Source of the DNA: Octopus bimaculoides | Lineage: Eukaryota | DNA: 64,000 nt | NCBI RefSeq assembly: GCF_001194135.2 | Contig: NC_068982.1 | Location: 108,176,699 to 108,240,698 of the forward strand | Direction of reading: 5' to 3' | Shown: piece after piece, positions 37,998 through 51,351 of the stretch | Layout of the letters: each line of letters begins with the position of its first letter | How positions within the stretch are numbered: position 1 is the first letter of the stretch | Translations under genes and position numbers: made by a program | Notes under the pieces: generated by a model | The model's database searches: none | The model's input: the letters and a program-made list of their open reading frames with translations, nothing else | Told to the model about the DNA's origin: nothing

Positions 37998-39581
37998 CTT
38001 TTTTCAGCATACCGTTCTTCAACAAAACGAAAAATACCACAGCCTTCCATCTCAGTAAACCACTATTATTCCTGAAAGTTGTTTTTTTTAATATTCACTA
38101 CAGATTGCTTAAAGCTAACTTTCTTTGTACACCTCAATCCCGGGATCTTACATTGATATATATATATATATTTTTTTTTTATTATCAATAGTTAATACAT
38201 CCAAAAAAGAAGCACACTCTAAAGCATTAGAGCAGTAATATATTTTTTAGGAAGTCAAAAGTTATGGCCAGTCATAGAGTGACCATTGGTTTCGCACCTA
38301 TAAAGGGCTTAGCAGTATAGGTGACTCCTCAAACTCAAATGGCTTCAACAACCAGATACCTTTATTACTGCAAACCCTTACTTGTTTCCAAGTAAATAAC
38401 ATTTCCCATGGCTAGATATACTTTCCACTAAAGACTAGAAACAATCAGCATGGTAATGCTTGTTTACAACCATCATGTGATATCAATAAAAAAGTACACA
38501 CATACATATATATATAGATAAGTGAAAGAAAATGGAATGAATGATGTTCTTTATTTAAAATTACAACAATTGTTTGGACACATTCTACACTCGTAGTGCA
38601 TTGGTGAGATGTTGTGTAATCATTATCATCTACTTAAGGTGTAAAGTTCCCCCTCCCCAAGTGGTTGTTTAAATAAGACCTTCATTAGATCCTACTGCCA
38701 TTTCACTCAGTGTGAGAATGCATACCCAAAGCTGTATGTTATTTCCAGCAGTTTATAGGCAAAACTAAACCCATAGAAATATAGTGACAGACAAAACACG
38801 ATTAAAATCAAAATACAAAAGAAAGAAATAGACAAAAAAGGGGCGGGGACATCCATGTTGACTATAAATTACAATTCTATCCTTATGGTCAGATTATCTA
38901 GAAGAAAGTGCAAAACAAAATGAAGAAAATTAAGCATTTAGAGATTAAGACTGACTATTTCAGTAATTATCAACAATTTGTTTCTTTGAAGGATCTAAAT
39001 TACCCTCTGTCTTTTGCGACAAAACAACTGCCTCTATTCTACACTCAAGTCAACCTCTATTTAAAGTTAGCCTTTATATCCTTTTTTGAAACAATTAGAA
39101 AACAATAAGTTAGTAGGTATCTTTACCCTCTCCCTGTATACATATTCTTCCATATACCCACCCACAAAGTGGTGTATATAGTTTTATATATGTATATATA
39201 TATATATATCATCGTCATCATCATCATTTAACGTCCACCTTCCATGCATGCATGGATATATATATATACATACACACACATGTATCTATATATATATATA
39301 CACCTATATGCTTCTTACTTATATTCTTATTCTTTCAGTTTCCATCAACCAAATCCACTCACATGGCTTTGGTTAACCCAAGACAATAGTAGAAAATACT
39401 CATATATATAAAATATGGGTGTATATATGTAAGTGCGTATATATATATAGGGTGTATATCTTTATATATATACAAACGTGTATCTATATATGCACATATA
39501 TATATATACTTCTTACATACATATCAATAATAATATAGGCTAGATCCAACTCACATACAAAATAGTGTATACAGTTTGATA

Positions 39582-39634
<53 letters not shown>

Positions 39635-39754
39635 GTACACACAACAGGCTTCTTTCAGACTCCATCAACCAAATCCACTCACATGGCTTTGGTTAACCCA
39701 AGGAAATAGAAAATATTCATATATATAAAATATGGGTGTGTATATGTACGTGCG

Positions 39755-39856
<102 letters not shown>

Positions 39857-40232
39857 GGCACAGGAGTGGCTGTGTTGTAAGTAGCTTGCTTACGAACCAC
39901 ATGGTTCCAGGTTCAGTCTCACTGCGTGGCACATTGGGCAGGTGTCTTCTACTATAGCCTCAGGCCGACCAAAGCTTTGTGAGTGGATTTGGTAGACAGA
40001 AACTGAAAGAAGCCCACCGTATATATGTGTGTCTGTGTTTGTCCCCCCCAACATCGCTAGACAACCGATGCCGGTGTGTTTACGTCCCCATAACTTATCG
40101 GTTCGGCAAAAGAGACCGATAGAATAAGTACTAGGCTTACAAAGAATAAGTCCTGGGGTCGATTTGCACGACTAAAGGCGGTGCTCCAGCAAAGCCACAG
40201 CCATATGACTGAAACAAGTTAAAGATGAAAGA
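39857..40232 (+). mobile_element. tRNA-type SINE (family A), near full length
   Basis: ggcacaggagtggctgtgttgtaag (A-box-like), ggttcagtctc (B-box-like), conserved body and the tail gactgaaacaagttaaaga. Confidence 0.85.
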
Positions 40233-40528
40233 TATATGATAGCTGTCCGCTTGTGACTGAGGAGACCATCATTGACCATTAAGAGCATTGTGTGCTTAGA
40301 CAAAATTATACTTTGCACACTTGTGACTAAAGAGTCCATCTCTTAATAGACATCCATAGATACAGCAAACCAAAACCCCACCATTCAATATATTGGCAGT
40401 GTGTTCTTGAGCAGCTTCCTTAAGTTCAACATGATAGATGCATGTTTCTTTTAAGATACCCACTCTTTCCTTTTCTTGGTTTCTCCAATTGTGGCGATAA
40501 CAAGCATTGCTTTCCCAATTGACCTTTC

Positions 40529-40559
<31 letters not shown>

Positions 40560-40805
40560 NNNNNNNNNNNNNNNNNNNNNNNNNNNNNNNNNNNNNNNNN
40601 NNNNNNNNNNNNNNNNNNNNNNNNNNNNNNNNNNNNNNNNNNNNNNNNNNNNNNNNNNNNNNNNNNNNNNNNNNNNNNNNNNNNNNNNNNNNNNNNNNNN
40701 NNNNNNNNNNNNNNNNNNNNNNNNNNNNNNNNNNNNNNNNNNNNNNNNNNNNNNNNNNNNNNNNNNNNNNNNNNNNNNNNNNNNNNNNNNNNNNNNNNNN
40801 NNNNN
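40560..40805. other. Assembly gap (N run)
   Basis: Run of N preceded by (TA)n. Confidence 0.99.
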
Positions 40806-41209
40806 ATAATCTCAAGAATTCTCTGGAATCAACATGCCATTGAAAAAAGGAAAAATAACCTATTTTTCTGGAGATAAAAGGATAACTGTGGACACAAGTT
40901 TCTGCCTCAATAAGTATCATCATTTGTTCCACTTTAACTTCAGTAGATGTAAAATTTAGATATATACAAAAAGAGTAGAAAACATATATGGACTAGCATA
41001 ATTAGAACAAAGATGGATTAAGAGAAATGACTCAGCGTAGAAAGTGGCATGAATTTTGTACATTAATATAAATTTTTAATTTGTTGAAATAAGTTTACCT
41101 GGTGACAATTTTGATCAACTCTGAATGAGAAGAGAAAATAATTTCAAGTATCAAGAACTTTTGTATAAGTGTGTGTGTGTATATATATATATATATGTAT
41201 ATAAAGAGT

Positions 41210-41495
41210 AAAGGGACCCCCTTCAATCATGAATGACCATGGGATTGCACCTAGAAAGTTCCTCTGAGGCACAAGGTTGTTTGTGGAAGACCAGCAGTTG
41301 CCCATGCATGCATACCAGCCTCCCCTCTCCACACACTGATGTTATCCAAGGGAAAAGCAAAGGCAGATACTTTTTGGCACCAGTGATGTCACAACTCATT
41401 TCTACAGCTGTGTGAACTGGAGTAATGTGAAATAAAGTGTCTTGCTCCAGTCCAGGAATCAAACTCACTACCTCATGCTTGTGAGCCCAATGTGC
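41210..41495 (-). mobile_element. SINE (family B), reverse orientation
   Basis: cagctgtgtgaactggagtaatgtgaaataaagtgtcttgctc...ggaatcaaactcac is the reverse complement of a tRNA-like head plus the conserved agcaagacactttatttcac core. Confidence 0.65.
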
Positions 41496-41549
41496 CTTAT
41501 ATTATACACACACACATATATATATATATATATGGAAAGAGTTATACTT

Positions 41550-42740
41550 TGCTTAATTAGAGAGTTAGACTAGATGAGATGCACTTTGGTTTTTACCAAG
41601 GTTAAGTACTACAGATGATGTCTTTTTAGTGAGACAACTGCTGAAGTACTTAGGTAAAAGCAAGCTGCTGTATTTTAGTATTTGCAAAGCCAGAGAAAAC
41701 CTTTGACAGGGTCTCTTGCTCTGTGATTTGCTGGTTACTGAGGAAGTTAGGAGTAAATGAATTGTTTGTGAGAGCCATACAAGCCATGTACAGAGGAGCT
41801 TTCAACAAATTTAGTGTGTAGGTAGGAGGCTCAATTCTCTTCTATGTGTCATAGTTCTCCAGGCCAGTGCAGAGGAGTTTAAAACCAGTTGCCTGCAGAA
41901 ATTTCTTTATGCTGATGATCTCATTTTTATAGATGAATGTGTAGTAGAATCAGAAATGAAAGTGTGTAGGAAAAACCTGGAATCACAGGGCCACAAAATT
42001 AACATCGCAAAGACCCTTCGGAAAACAGGCAGAACTCTGTTTTCATCAGAGAAATGGCCTTGCTCAAAATGTAGAAAAGGTGCACCCAATGTAAACTATA
42101 GACACACAAGAGATGAAGTGATATGGACAGATCAACAAAGGAAGTAGACCTGGTGGCATATATGAAGGAGCAATAAACACTAAGAGTGCATAGGAAATAA
42201 ATCTCAAATTAGCAGTAGAAGGGGATATTTTGAGAATATAGTTGCTAGAACAGGTTGGAAAAAGTTCAAAGAGCTTTATCTTTGCAGGTAAGAAAAAGCT
42301 TTCTCTCTCAGAAAGAAAGGAAAATTGAATAATACTTGTATTTGAACAGCAAGGCTACATGGTAGTGAGACATAAGCCCTGAATGCAGAGAATTTGCAAA
42401 AATTACAAAGAAATGAAGCTAGAATACTCTGTTGGATAAACACAATATAAGTGTCCATTAGTGACAAAGTATCTGTTGAAAAAAATGAGGCATAAGAGGA
42501 ATCAGATGTAGTGTGCAAGAGAGGAGACTGCACTGGTATGGCCATATGCTGCTTATGGATCTGGACAGCTGTATAACAAATTAGTTTTATTCCATAAAGT
42601 GGACGGAACTTGTGGAAGAGGGAGACGCAGGAAGACATGGGATTAAGTGGTGAAACCTGTTTCAGGACACTGAACTTCATGGGAAATATAATAAAGGACC
42701 AGGGTGACTGGTGATATGTGGTGTTCAAGATGTGCCCACC
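41550..42740 (+). mobile_element. Decayed RTE-clade LINE (RT to 3' end)
   Basis: LYADDLI at about 41905-41925, and HWYGHMLLMD plus RGRRRKTWD near 42530-42645. Many frameshifts and stops. Confidence 0.85.
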
Positions 42741-43419
42741 TTAGTAAAAACTGAAGTTCAGGAAGCATAATGTATAAAAGCACACAACTTAGCTCCTAGC
42801 CCAATTTCTTCCTCAAGTTGTCCACTGCCATGCCCTTATCTTTCTATGAATGATCCTTGGTGGTAGACAGAGAAATCACTATTATTATTATTACTATTCT
42901 GCTGCTTTTCTCCCCTTTCTGTAATGTCAATCATCATCAACTTTCCTATCTTCCCTCCAACTCATGTATCATTTACCACCCCTCCACCCTTGTCCACCAT
43001 TTACTACATCACCTATTCTTCCCTAATTCCACCAACATCAATTTGACCACTCCAGAACCTTTACTCCCTCATATTCACTTCCTCACTCCTATATCATTTC
43101 TAACTTTCCATACACACTCCTGCGACCTCTACCCACCCTTGCTTCCTATTTTTCAGTCCTCACTCACTTCTATTCACTTTGTTGTACCTTGAGTATCCAC
43201 TCTGGCACCCATCACCATTATTGCATCTCCCTTTCCAGCTCCACCCAAAATATTTCTACCCACTCTAAAATGTGAGTAGCCTTGTAGCTCTTCTACAGCA
43301 AGAAACCAGTTCCAGCCCCTTTTCTCATCACCAACAAAAAACCACTTCCTTCTTTACTGTAATCACATTTAGTTGAAGGGGATCTTATTCTTGCAAGCTA
43401 CAAGACAGCCTTACTACTA

Positions 43420-43590
43420 CTGGTGCGCAGAAAAAGTATGTGTACACTATGCAGCAGCTGGTGTTAGGAAATGCATCCAATCATAGAAATTATGCCAAAG
43501 CTAACATTAGAGAACAATGCAGTCCCCAAACCTGTAGGATCCAACCCGTTCCTGCATGGAAGATGGACATTAAAACATAATGGTATGTTT
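43420..43590 (+). mobile_element. (ATG)n-tailed RTE-associated repeat
   Basis: ggtgttaggaaatgcatcc ... gcatggaagatggacattaaaacataatg, same family as 8490-8900. Confidence 0.6.
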
Positions 43591-43899
43591 ATGTATTTAT
43601 GTGTATATATGTATGTATCAATCAATGATATCATCATTTTTGCGTCTTTTCTTATACTTGCAAAGTTTGGATGTCTTTTTCAAAACAGCATTCCCCCACC
43701 TGTTGCAGCCAAATGTTATCTCCTTCATGAGGATTGACTTCTTGAGATTAACCTTCACCACTTCTGCCCATTTCTTCCTTGGTCTTCCACTTTTTCACTC
43801 ATTTGTCATCATCTATTTGCATTACATATCTAATAGTAGTATAAGTGCCTTTCTTACGCTCTACAACCAATTCCTCTTATACTCATTTTTTTTATCAAC

Positions 43900-45420
43900 T
43901 CATCTGTCAGAGATAGTTAAAGAGATGCTCAACATATCTGATGAGGTAGGATATATGATTACCCCCTGGAGAATTAATGTCATAGCCAATGACCGGTGTA
44001 ACAGTGTCACTGTAAATTGCTACGAAAGTAAAGGAGATGCCTTAGAGAGAGGACATTATAGAGGAATCATACTACTGGTTCAGGTCATGAAGGGTACAGA
44101 GTCATAACAAAAATGATACATGACAGAGTAGACCTACATGAGATACAGTTTGGCAAAGTACCTCGAAGAAACAGCATGGAAATAATTTTCCCAGTGAGGT
44201 AGCAGCAGGAGAAGTACATAGCAAAGAGTTAAGTACTTCTCCTAGCATTCATTGGCTTGAAAATGGCATTTGACAGGATACCATGTTCAGTAATTTAGTG
44301 ATCACTAAGGAAATTAGGTGTAAATAAATGGCTTGTGAAGGTTGTACAAACTATCCATGTTCAAAGATACAGTAAGTAAAGTGAGTTAATGATTTTGGTG
44401 ACAAGTTTAGCTTGAAGGTAGGAATTCATCATGATTCAGTCTTTGGTCCTCTTCTATTTATCACAATCTTACAGGCCATCACAAAGAAGTTTAAGACTGC
44501 CTGTCCATATGAACTCCTATACATCTCTGAATCTATAGTAGAATTAACGAAAAACATTCCAGCATGAAAGCTAGACCTATAATTGAGGGCCTCAAGGTAA
44601 ACTTAACAAAGACTAAGGTTTTAGTAAGTAGTAAAGCAGATAAGATCCAAGCATCTTCAGGGAAATGATCTTGCTCGATATGCAGATAAGGACTAAGTAT
44701 AAACTCCATATGCTATACCCAATGTAAGCTATGAACACAAAGGTGTAGTAGAAATACAGGTAGAAAGAAAGCTTTGTATGTGATAGGAGTATTGGAATGA
44801 TATTTACTATGAGTACACTAGAAAGAAATTACCTTCAATGCCCAGATGGCTCACTAGAAATAGTTGATAGCTTTTGTTACCTAGTGGACATATTTAGCAG
44901 GGAAGTACTTGCTCTGAAAGTGTAGTCGCTAGGATAAGAAAGAGTAGGTAAAATTTCAAGGAGCTACTACCACTACTGACAGTGAAAGCCTTTTCTTTCA
45001 GAGTTAAAGGGCAGATTGTATGACACTTGTGTTAGAATTGCGAAGCTGCATGATAGAGAGACATAGGCCTTGAATGTAGAGGACTTAAGAGGAATGGAAA
45101 GAAATGAAATGAGTAATCTCAATTGGAAGTGCAATATAAGTGTGCATGAACAGCAAAGTGCATCTGTGTTGAGAAGACAATTAGGCATAAGAGGAATCAG
45201 ATGTAGAGTACTAGAAATAAGCCTGTGCTGGTATGGATGATGACACCTGTATAACAAAGTACCAATCACGTAATGTGGATGGAGCTTGCAAAAAAGGAGA
45301 CCCAGGAAGACATGGGACAAAGTGGTGAAAGCTGATCTCAGGACCTTGAACCTCATGGAGGAGATGACAAAGGGATGGGATGTCTGATTATATGTAGAAC
45401 TTGAGAAGACACTAATTTTG
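43900..45420 (+). mobile_element. Decayed RTE-clade LINE
   Basis: KGDALERGHYRGIILLVQVMKGTE (end of ORF 43580-44107) resembles RTE KGD.L.RGNYRG.KL. LKMAFDRIP resembles LEKAFDRVP. The 3' end is homologous to 42300-42740. Confidence 0.85.
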
Positions 45421-45699
45421 ATAAAACTGAGATTCTAAAACATAAAGTGTATGTGTACATGCACAACTAGGTCCTTAACCTAATCTCTTCCTGAAACCAT
45501 CTCTGCAGCCCTTCATCTCCTGACCCAATACAAGTGTGGTTGCTATGCAGCTTGCAAGACAAAGAGCTCCTTTGACTGAGTGGTGCTACAGTAGAGATAC
45601 TAGGATATGTGAGGTTAAAATATGAAAGTAGAAGCCAGAACTGAACAGGTTTCTTGTTGTTGAGGAGCCACATAGCTACTCACATTATAGAAAAGATGG

Positions 45700-45795
45700 A
45701 TAGGTAGATAGTCAGACAGATAAATAGATAGATAGATCTATCTGTCTGACTACCTATCTATCAGCTTATCTACCTACCTATATTTCTATCTATCC
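45700..45795. repeat. (GATA)n/(CTAT)n imperfect inverted tetranucleotide repeat
   Basis: gatagatagatag followed by ctatctgtctgactacctatctatc. Confidence 0.8.
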
Positions 45796-46055
45796 ATCTC
45801 CATTGTCAATGGAACCTCACCCAAAAAAATAATGTTCTCTTCTTCTAAACAAAACCCCCCAAAAAACATGTTTTATATAAATGAACAAGTTGTTTGTACA
45901 TTCACAAAATTTTATTTGACAAGTTCAAGAAACGAATGAAAATGCTAATAATAATGAAGAAATCATTTTTTTTTTTTTTCCAAAATTCTGACAACTTTTT
46001 TTCTCAATACTCAATATTCAATTTCTGTATATCACACCTAACACTCTATACATAT

Positions 46056-46140
46056 NNNNNNNNNNNNNNNNNNNNNNNNNNNNNNNNNNNNNNNNNNNNN
46101 NNNNNNNNNNNNNNNNNNNNNNNNNNNNNNNNNNNNNNNN
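46056..46140. other. Assembly gap (N run)
   Basis: Run of N flanked by (TA)n. Confidence 0.99.
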
Positions 46141-46269
46141 TATATATATATATATATATTAATAATTAGCAGAAGTAACAGAGAGACTCAAAGGCTGAGA
46201 GTTTCATGTGTTGGCATTTATCAAACTAGTTATACAATTATATATACTAACCACATGCTTGATCACTAA

Positions 46270-46400
46270 ATTCTCTCTGTTTATTTTCTCTTATTCCTTT
46301 CTGCTGAAGAGCATAGGCTTGAAATGAGCATCAACCTAATACACCTGATATTGTTCATACACCTGTCTTCGTCTTCTGTTTTTCTGTAAATTTCAACTAT
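46270..46400 (+). repeat. Short dispersed repeat with a CTGAAGA...GAAA core (Penelope-like terminus?); sibling at 62830-62985
   Basis: ttcctttctgctgaagagcataggcttgaaa...cacctgtcttcgtc versus ttcctttctgtggaagagcgtaggctcgaaa...cacctgtcttcgtc. Confidence 0.6.
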
Positions 46401-46469
46401 ATATGTAAAAATATATATATAATATTTGTGTATCTATCTATCTATATATGTCATCATTATCATAATGAC

Positions 46470-46680
46470 AATCATCATTACTCAACATCTGTCTTCCATG
46501 CTGTCATGAATGAGATGGTTTGACAGGATCCAATGAGACAAAGGACTGCATTGAGTTCCAATGTCTGTTTTGGCATTATTTCAACAGTTGGATATTCTTA
46601 CTAACACTAACCACTTTGCAGAATGCACTGGGTGCTTTTTTCATGACACCAGCACTAGTGAGGTCACCAGGTAACTCACA
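46470..46680 (-). mobile_element. (ATG)n-tailed RTE-associated repeat (same orientation as 6055-6460)
   Basis: catcattactcaacatctgtcttccatgct...ctaaccactttgcagaatgcactgggtgcttttt. Confidence 0.6.
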
Positions 46681-47754
46681 AAACAAAGAAAAAATGTTTA
46701 AGTGGGATTGTAGTAGTGAGGGAGGTGGCTCCATACTAGATGCTGAGAGGCTAAATTATGAGAGAGAGACAGGCAAAGGTGTCTTTCTGTACAGGAGATG
46801 CAGGGCTACCTCACATTATATAGGGGTGGGCAGCAACTGGAAAGAAGACAATGATGTTGGTGACAAGGTGTCAAAGTATACCCTAATGATACAAGAAGGT
46901 AAGTATAAGAGTGAAGGATAGGTTATTAAGTTCCCTATAGTGTGAGAGGAGAGTGTTAGATGGTTAGAGATATGCATATAGAGGAATGCAACGAATAGAA
47001 CAAAGGTGAAGTGGTATCAGTATGGTAGGGAGAGGATGAAAGAATAGGAGTGGCTCAGGAATGAGGAAGTGATAAGTGGCAGCGTGGGAAGGGAGGAGAG
47101 CATCTAGATCAGCAATGTGTGAGTGGAGGTGGGAAAGTAGGGGTGCATGGAGAGAAAGAAAGAAAGAGAGAGAGAGAGGTGTACAGTGACAGAGATGGAT
47201 GTCAGAGGTACATAAGGTTAGTGTAAGTGGAAGACAAAGGTGAAGGGTAGGTCATCAACAGCAGATATGCTGGGGTGATGAGAACAATAGCAAATAAACG
47301 AGGTTGCACAGATAAGGTAATGGCAGTCCTAAGATGTATCTCAAGGAAGCAGAGAAAGGGGTGATAGGTAGAAAATAAAGTGAGAATGGATGATACTGAG
47401 AATGAGGGCTAAATTTAAAAACAAAGTGGTCATCATCCATACACATGAAAGAGAAAGCTTCTATATGGCACAAAAAAAGGTTATGCGTAGATATGTTTCC
47501 TATGAACTGCAAAAAAATATAAATGACTTGTGATTGCTACATTACGTAGCATTTTAAAAGCTATATTTTTGCAATCAAAGAGCAGGAGATAATGATAAAA
47601 TATCTCACAAACGAATGGGATAACAAAGCTCTCAAAATCCCGAGATGCAGTGACAAGAGTTGATTATGTTACACTTCTATGGAGAATATGACGTATAATC
47701 AGCAGCTGGCCAAAAATGTCATCAAGGTACTACTTCCCATTGAAACATTATTTT

Positions 47755-47970
47755 GGTTTCAGTTTTTGGCACAAGGCCAGCAGTCTTGGGGTAGGGGATA
47801 AGTCAGTTACATTGATCCCAGTGCTCAACTGGTACTTATTTTTATTGACTCCAAAAGGATGAAAAGCAAAGTCAACCATGGCAGCATTTTAATTCAGAAC
47901 ATAAATATGGATGAAATGCTGCCAAGTATTTTGCCTGGCACAAGAACAATTCTGCTAGCTCACCACCTTG
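47755..47970 (+). mobile_element. SINE-like repeat (family C)
   Basis: ttttggcacaaggccagcag...cccagtgctcaactggtacttattttattgac...aaaggatgaaaagcaaagtcaacc, homologous to 8025-8170. Confidence 0.6.
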
Positions 47971-48439
47971 CTGAGACATTATATTGTTGTCAAAACAATT
48001 CACAATGATACAATGCCATCCATAGGAAAGATTGCCCTGGGATAAATATTACCAACACCTTTGTAATGGGATATATACATATCAGAACAAAGAATAATAG
48101 AGCAATATTCCTATCAAAACTTCTAATTACAACAGTTATATGGAACAGAAAAGAAAAGTCATGTGAACATCTCTTCTAAAATCAGTGAGATGGAGAATAT
48201 CTAAGGGCAGCCGCTTTGAAATATGTGGTGTACTCAGTTATATTATTAAATGCCTAAACCACAATCCGGAGAAACCAGGTTTTTCAAGCAAAGAAAGAAA
48301 TGGGCTAACATGAACTTTACAATTTGTACGTGGATGAGTTAAAATATGCAAGACTTTCTTAAAGTTTAAACATATATCGTTGTAATACAAATTCATATCA
48401 ATGGGGTTTACATGTTTATATTGGTGATAAATGTAAACT

Positions 48440-49300
48440 CCACCTTGATTTGAAACCAGTTCGATGAGTGCTTATGCACGAAACTCGGCACTTGCGTCAC
48501 TCAGTAACTTCTGGCGATTATTAATAAAAAAAAAAACCACATTTATCTCAATTGTTTTGAGTTTTATTTTCCTGTTCGGATTACAAAACAAATATATATT
48601 TATATATATACCATAGTATGTGTGTGTGTGAAATAAAAGAGAGGAAGGCTCATTAGCATGACATCTTTATTTGACCGCTAGACAAACGTGTTATACTCAA
48701 ATACCTAACATGGCCCAAATCGTAACAGCTTTGATGACGTAATAAGGCGCCAAACTGCTGACAACGATGGAAATTGTACTGGTGAGAAGCACGACGTCTT
48801 ACGGAAGCCACTTTCATACATAACATCTCACTTCCCATACCCTTATTTCGTTACAATATCACATGCTTACTTTACAAGTGTATATGTAACTTAGTTCAGA
48901 AAGAACGCATGTTAGATAATATAATATTACACTATTGATTGATTATGCACATACATATATTCTCGTCAAAAAGGTCTACATAGCACTTTTTATATCAAGT
49001 TTTATTCATATAAACTCTCATGGATTACTTTCTTTCATAAATATACATTAGTGTGTCTGTGTGTGTGTGCGTGCGTGCGTGCATGTGTGTAGTCATAATA
49101 TGAGGTAGGTATCTCATCCTTTAAAATGTTTTTTTCCTCTCCCCGATGACCAAAATGGCGGAAATAAAACGGTTTTATAAATTGGATATTTATCAACTAC
49201 AATCCACTAGTATTAAACAGGCTACCGTCAACACCGACAACCTACCACCATTACCACAGTGTTTGCACTTGCATAGAAGAGAGGTTTATCTACAGTAGCT
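48440..49300. promoter_or_regulatory. Orphan promoter-like CpG-retaining island
   Basis: CAAAATGGCG (YY1/Kozak-like) at 49151-49160. CRE/bZIP-like ttgcgtcac near 48492 and atgacgtaat near 48735. CpG is elevated relative to 41-47 kb. No associated gene identified. Confidence 0.35.
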
Positions 49301-50509
49301 TACTGGAGATTGTCAACTGACACTTCAAGTAGGCGATAAAAATCAATAATTTCCTATAAGGCAGTGGAGAATGAAAATTAAAAGCAGTCTTTATTAATTA
49401 ATCTATTCGTCTCTGTTCTGATAAATTCTTGCATATACTCAATGTTGAAACAATAAAATATTTAATATTATGTAAAACACATCAATTAAAAAAAAATCAC
49501 GCATTTGAAATTTTTTGTTAGTTTCATCTATTAATTTGTCTTGTAGCTAGCTGTCTTCTGCCTAATTCTAAGATTGTTATATCGTTATCTTGCAGGATAG
49601 AAAATATAATCTAGCTTATATTTTCTTTTTGATACATTTGGCATCTCCGAGGAACATATTTAACGAAAATTATGGTGAGGGGGTGTGCGTGTGTGTTCAC
49701 TACCGTGTAGAAAGCACGAGTGCACAACTACTAGTGTAAAACGCATGTGCAAAAAGCAAAGTTTCAGGTGTGGCAGACCCCGTGTTTATTGTGCGTAGTG
49801 CGACTTGTCTCGAGGCAGCACCTGGTTTAAAGTAACACCTAGCCGTACGTTAAATTCCTGTTCATGCCAGTGTTCTTTTATTAATATCTTAAATATGTGA
49901 AAAAAAATTATAATTGTCGAAAAGTGAAACCCCTCTCAGAAAATGAGAAAGAAGGAGAATCAACAAGGTGCAACTAGAGTGAATGTATATCTACTGGATG
50001 TACACCAGCCACAAACTAAAGAGTATATGTTGTTCTACGAAAACACATCAGTTTTCACCCATTTATCATAACTGGAAGTGACTTCTAAAGTAAACAAGTA
50101 ACGTACGTTTAATAACAGAAAGTTTGCTGCGGGATAGGTCTAAGACAGAATCTAAACAATTAAATCGAATTTTTTTATTTACCATAATATCAAAACTTAT
50201 TTTATGTAATAACAAAACTTATTTTCTGTTAAATATTCCAATCAAACTCCGTTGTTTACTCTAAATTATAAACACTTTAATTTCATCCTTCTTAAAGCTA
50301 CTTCCGGTAGCTACATTATCTCATAAAACCAAAACCTAGCCAAGGTTGCATGCGTGGCTCATTTTGATTTCAGTTAAATTTTTCATTACTCACACACATA
50401 CATGTATATAGATCATCATTTATTCCTCTGTCATATCTTTTTTTATTTTATATACACACACACACACTAGCAGCCAGTGTTGCTTGCATGTGTGAATGTA
50501 TATCTTTTT

Positions 50510-50910
50510 TGTGTTTCAGCCATTGAACTGCAGCTACACCGGAGCTTGGTCTTGAAGTGTTTTAGTCGAACGAATCGACCTCAGCCCTTTCTTTTTTAGA
50601 GCCCGCTATTTAGTCTATTGGTCTTTTCTTATGTCGAGCCAGGTTTCGGGGACGTAAACAAACCAACACCGGTTAAACAGGGGGAAACAAATACAAATGC
50701 GAGGACACAATCATATATATATATATATAAATATATAAATATTTATATGTAGACGATTAGCTTCTTTCACTTTCTGTCAACCAAATCCACTCACGAGACT
50801 TTGGTTGACTCAAAAGCTATAGTGGAAGACTTGCCCCCCCCCCTCAAGGTACCATGCTGGGCCATTGAATCAAGAACCATGAGGAAAACTTCTTACCACA
50901 GCCACTGTAA
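50510..50910 (-). mobile_element. tRNA-type SINE (family A), reverse orientation
   Basis: ctttcactttctgtcaaccaaatccactcacgagactttgg...cttcttaccacagccac. Confidence 0.8.
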
Positions 50911-51131
50911 CCACATGTGGATTGCAAGCAATATTTTTCCTCCGTCTTCCTTTTCTCTTGGACTTTCCCCTGTCTCCTTTTTCTGACAAAGAGCTTTGCT
51001 CGAAAAGTAAAACCTACCATTCTTTCCTTCCCTGAGTGTCTGCTAAAACTTTGCATGTACCACGTCCTCGCATCGTTTTTCTCTTGTGTTTGTTCTTCGT
51101 TTTTTTTTAAATTTTTATATATATATATATA

Positions 51132-51173
<42 letters not shown>

Positions 51174-51338
51174 NNNNNNNNNNNNNNNNNNNNNNNNNNN
51201 NNNNNNNNNNNNNNNNNNNNNNNNNNNNNNNNNNNNNNNNNNNNNNNNNNNNNNNNNNNNNNNNNNNNNNNNNNNNNNNNNNNNNNNNNNNNNNNNNNNN
51301 NNNNNNNNNNNNNNNNNNNNNNNNNNNNNNNNNNNNNN
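51174..51338. other. Assembly gap (N run)
   Basis: Run of N flanked by (TA)n. Confidence 0.99.
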
Positions 51339-51351
51339 TATATATGTATAA

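Noticed and set aside
39857-39930. tRNA-like sequence with A/B-box motifs (also at 51352 and 18980)
   Set aside because: These are SINE heads. No complete cloverleaf, and they continue into the SINE body.
40426-40932. ORFs spanning N runs (also 50917-51490, 56391-56934 and 45894-46169)
   Set aside because: Artefacts of translating assembly gaps as X.
43580-44107. 175-aa ORF
   Set aside because: A chance fusion of AT-rich flank with the start of an RTE relic; only the last ~25 aa are RT-like.
48650-48840. Exon-like CpG-rich block with a donor-like ACTG|gtgaga
   Set aside because: The frame before the donor is closed by TAA with no good acceptor, and the minus-strand 61-aa ORF is unrecognisable. 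Treated as non-coding or regulatory.
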